NCBI GenBank assembly: GCA_965224025.1
Contig: OZ245033.1
Location: 1,216,001-1,280,000 of the forward strand
Direction of reading: 5' to 3'
From: Candidatus Multivorans sp.
GTDB taxonomy: Bacteria > Acidobacteriota > Thermoanaerobaculia > Multivoradales > Multivoraceae
Length of the DNA stretch: 64,000 nt
The notes beneath the pieces are model-generated. The model worked only from the letters and a program-made list of their open reading frames with translations. It searched no databases and was not told the origin of the DNA. Position numbers and translations under genes: made by a program. Positions within the stretch are counted from its first letter, which is position 1. Every line of letters starts with the position of its first letter. Positions 60,754-64,000 of the stretch are shown here, in pieces.

Positions 60754-61983
60754 TCATTCTTGCACCTTACTTCCGGGCGCCTGCTCTTCCTGTTCCCCGG
60801 CAGACGCGGCCTCTACCGGTGGACGGACCGGAACAAGATCCAAGCCGGACCGGCGGAGGTAGGTCACGCTCTCACTGTCTGCAGAGCGGCCGTTCTCGAG
60901 AACCGCCGAATGACGCCCGTTGGGACTCACCAACACGTCAATCCCGATCCCGCCACTAGGCGGCGAACCCGGAGTCCAGGCCGAAGCGTGGCGCTCCTCA
61001 AAGAGAGTCCACGGTTCACGCCACAAGTGCTCGATGCGGTAGCCGTCCTTCCCGTGCAGGACCCTGGCTGCCCCACGTTCGGCATGAGGCCTCCAACCAT
61101 CCTTGGTATCCAGTTCCCAGAACGGAGCGTTGGGGAACTCAGACAGGCCCAGGTCCCAGAGATGGTACGCGCGAAGCCTGCGACCGTCCTCGGCCCAGAG
61201 CACTTGTTCCTGGCTCTGCCAAGTGAAGTTCCATCGTGTCGACCCTTGAAGCACTGGCACTACATGCGGAGACGCTCCTTGGCTGAAATGCACGATGAAG
61301 CCGCCGCCACTCCACGGGACAAGCACCACAGGGCCACTCGTATCGAGGAACCAAAAATGACCCCACATCGGCAGCTCGCCCTTGTCCGAGTTTGGGAAAT
61401 CCACCAGTTCGACGCGTCCTGATGCCCCCGGCTTCCGAGCCGTCCTACCAAACGCGAACGTCACTCTGGCGCTTGTTTCATCCACTCTGCCGGCGTAGCC
61501 CCACATTCTGCCATCGCGAGAGACGATGGGAGCCACGCACTCTCTGCATTCCGGATCGTCCTCCCGGCTGTTCCAGCCCCATCGGAGTCGCACTGCGTCG
61601 CCCCGAACTTCAACTATGTCAAGCGTTCTTGCCGTGCGACCACCGATCGTCGGCCCACGCCACCCCGAAAGCAGAAGACGGCCGTCGCCTAGGAAGGTCG
61701 CCTGGTTGGTTCCCGAGTACGCTTCTCCAAGAGGGATTGCCTGAACCCGCTTCCGGCTCAAGCGAACCAGCGCCAAACGCCGTCCGGAGGACGCGAGCGA
61801 AGAGGCTCCAGCCTCTCCTACGGCATCGCCGTCAAGCGCCATTACTAGTTCTGTGCGACCGCTATCGTCCACAAGACCGCCAGCGTACCAGCTGCCCAAG
61901 GGAAGAGGCGTCACATCCGACGGCGACGCGGCAACGACCGTGGCGTAAACGGACCAACAGGCGACAGCAAAACCCAATGACAT
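60754..61983 (-). CDS. Exported partner protein of cassette B, function unknown
   Basis: AAGGAG RBS, signal peptide; homologous to 34371-35585. Confidence 0.82.
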   Translation of the reverse strand: MSLGFAVACWSVYATVVAASPSDVTPLPLGSWYAGGLVDDSGRTELVMALDGDAVGEAGASSLASSGRRLALVRLSRKRVQAIPLGEAYSGTNQATFLGDGRLLLSGWRGPTIGGRTARTLDIVEVRGDAVRLRWGWNSREDDPECRECVAPIVSRDGRMWGYAGRVDETSARVTFAFGRTARKPGASGRVELVDFPNSDKGELPMWGHFWFLDTSGPVVLVPWSGGGFIVHFSQGASPHVVPVLQGSTRWNFTWQSQEQVLWAEDGRRLRAYHLWDLGLSEFPNAPFWELDTKDGWRPHAERGAARVLHGKDGYRIEHLWREPWTLFEERHASAWTPGSPPSGGIGIDVLVSPNGRHSAVLENGRSADSESVTYLRRSGLDLVPVRPPVEAASAGEQEEQAPGSKVQE

Positions 61984-61996
61984 AGTGCTTCTCCTT

Positions 61997-63794
61997 CTAT
62001 TCTTCGCAACTGCCGGGATCGTTCTCATCGAAGGTGAAGTTCTCGTGAGGCAGAACGTCCAGCGGATTGCGACGTACTCCGTTGCTATCGCGGTGTCCCA
62101 GGTGCAAGTGGAATCCACCTGAGCTCCCGGGTTGCGTAAAGCCCCCAGCAGCATCGTTCGTCAAGCCGTAACCGTCGTAGCCGACGATCGCCCCTGCCTC
62201 TACTTGGCCCGTAACTTGGTGATCGGGCAGATTCGACACGTGGCAGAATACAAAGTAACTCCCGTCGTCCAGCGTGAGTTGCACGTAAGGCCGCCCGCAT
62301 GAACGCTCTTGGCCCGCGACTGACGGCCTTGTCACAGTGCCCGCCGCCGGGGCACGGAACGCGCTCCGTCCGTTCGTCTGGATATCAACTCCGCTGTGAG
62401 GGTACGTAGTTCCATCGCTCCCCGTCCTCGTTGCTCCATAGCGGTCGCCAGCGTCGAGGTTCCAGCCGCGGCAGTCTATCTCGTCTGCGAGTGTTCCCAG
62501 GGCACCGTGGGTCGGTGTCGGCCCGGGAGTACCACCACCACCGCCACCTCCATCACCTCCATCGCCGCCGTCCCCAGGCCCCGGAGTCCCTCACCGGGCC
62601 AGCACCGGGCGGCGGGCCCGGGTCGTCGCCCGGATCGTCGCCCGTCACGGTGGTCACATCGACGTAGATGCCCTGACAGGTGTCTTCGATGGCGTTCCCT
62701 TCCTCGTCGGCATCGCAGATGCGGCCGACGAGTGTTGGGCCGCCAGCCAGGGGCGTCGCGACGTAGGTCACGGTCTCCGTAGCCGTCACGGTCAGGGAGT
62801 AGTCCCCGGGGCCGGGGTCGTACGGGTACACCACGACGCTGTGATTCCCCGCCGCCAGGTCGTCGCTCCAGGAGTCGTCCAGCGTGCCCCAGCGGTTCGT
62901 GCAGCGGCTGCTGCCTACACGGCAGTCGAAGTCGATCGTCAGGCCCGTCAGGGCGACCTCCACTTCGGCGGTCCCGGAGAGCGTGAAGCCGTGGGTCTGA
63001 CCGGTCGAGACGCCCGTTCTGCTCACGTCGACCAGGGTCGTAACCCTGGTTTCGGTTCCGGTGCTGCCGCCGGTGCTCGGCGCCTGCACACCGATGGTGA
63101 GCGTGTAGTTCCCCGAGCCGCCGCCGTACGGATACACCACGATCTTGTGATCGCCAGCATCGAGCGTGCCGCTCCATGAATCGTCCGCCGTGCCGCCATG
63201 GTTCGTGCAGAGATTGCCCGAAACCGGGCAGTCGAAATCGGTCGTCATTCCGGTCAACTCTATCGACACCTCGGCGCGGTGGGACAGCGTGAGCGGATAC
63301 GTCCTTGAACTCGACACGTTCACGCCCGTCTTCACGATCGGGCCGGTTGTCGGCGGCGGCGGCGGCGGTGGAGGTGGCGGCGGCGGAGGTGGCGGCGGGG
63401 GTGGCGGCGGCGGAGGTGGCGGAGGTGGCGGAGAAGCCGGGGGCCTCACGGTAGCGGTGAACGTGACTGAATCGGTCGCGCCTGCGCTGTCCGAGACGGT
63501 GTAGACGATCGTGTACGCGGTGTCGATCCAGACCGTCGGCAGAGTGCCGCTCGCAACGCGCGTCGAGGGCGAGAACGTGATCCCGGGCGGCAGCCCGGAC
63601 AGGCTGTACGTGTAAGGCGTCCTCCCGCCCGTTGCGGCGGGGAACACCGTGTTGACGACGCCCGCCGACGGCAGCCGGAAGTTGGGGATTCCCGGCAGGG
63701 ACAACGCCGTCCGGTCGGACGTTCGCGCCGAGAGAGGCGCTGTCGCGGCCAGAAGGGAAAAGAGCGACATTAGTGCGATGCCAAGGCGCTTCAC
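61997..63794 (-). CDS. Modular secreted M23 peptidase (cassette B): signal, Ig-like, poly-Pro, 2 PPC-like, Gly linker, M23; frameshift at ~62590
   Basis: GGAGG RBS and GTG at 63794; first frame stops at 62553; a second frame from ~62590 reads GTPGPGDGG...HSGVD...FCH...HLH to TAG at 61997. Confidence 0.75.
62752..63377. repeat. ~625-bp near-identical duplication, copy 2
   Basis: See 59723-60348; covers both PPC-like domains. Confidence 0.92.
63350..63432. repeat. Poly-proline-encoding trinucleotide tract
   Basis: (GGC/GGT/GGA)n on the + strand; about twice the length of the equivalent tract at ~60322-60375. Confidence 0.9.
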
Positions 63795-64000
63795 GGGTCT
63801 CACCTCCCGAGGTGAATCACGAAGTAATGACGAATATCTGCACCTGTGCGGGGCAGAAATCGGCCAAAACGGCACGATTCGACCCGTGAAGAGACTCCGG
63901 GCTCGGTGGCAGCGCACGTTTCCGGCCCAGTACGGCCTCAGCTCGACCCAAAACGGCCCTCAGAACCCCCGCTCGCGTCGCGCCGCAGGCCGCCGACACC

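Noticed and set aside
58465-61983. Partner B, cassette C and remnant C all lie in one reading frame, suggesting stop readthrough or recoding
   Set aside because: Two stops (TGA, TAG) and ~200 bp of non-homologous sequence intervene; housekeeping genes here use TGA/TAG as normal stops; probably chance
59723-63377. DGR template/variable repeat pair
   Set aside because: No reverse transcriptase in the window, the repeat is too long and nearly identical, and there is no pattern of adenine-specific mismatches

Overview
High-GC bacterial chromosome segment. Gene content and order (thrS-rpmI-rplT-zapA-6S-rny-ymdB, ispA-tlyA-nadK, PagL, class II RNR) suggest Acidobacteriota; this is an inference, not a database result. 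The backbone is housekeeping: an ECF sigma/anti-sigma operon, proS, two tRNA-Val, thrS, ribBA, gmd, sat-cysC, metH, an ABC-F gene, luxE/luxC-like genes, a DinG-type helicase, hflKC, nupC, an rlmD-like gene, nrdJ and a methylmalonyl-CoA mutase. Accessory material includes an ISL3-disrupted ATPase / PIN-like / RNA ligase islet where infC normally lies, two type II TA pairs, IS scraps and at least two REP-like repeat families. The most interesting signal is a three-copy modular family. Each copy is a secreted protein (Ig-like and/or PPC-like domains, Pro/Gly linkers) ending in a different M23 metallopeptidase domain, followed by a homologous but divergent ~400-aa exported partner gene. The copies lie at 33.5-35.6 kb (intact), 60.8-63.8 kb (frameshifted) and 58.5-60.5 kb (5'-truncated orphan sharing a ~625-bp near-identical block). 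This resembles a polymorphic peptidoglycan-hydrolase effector/partner cassette system. A second recurring pattern is displaced duplicates of gene 3' ends (hlyC-like, tRNA-Val, ABC-F) beside inserted DNA. All protein calls come from motif recognition by eye.
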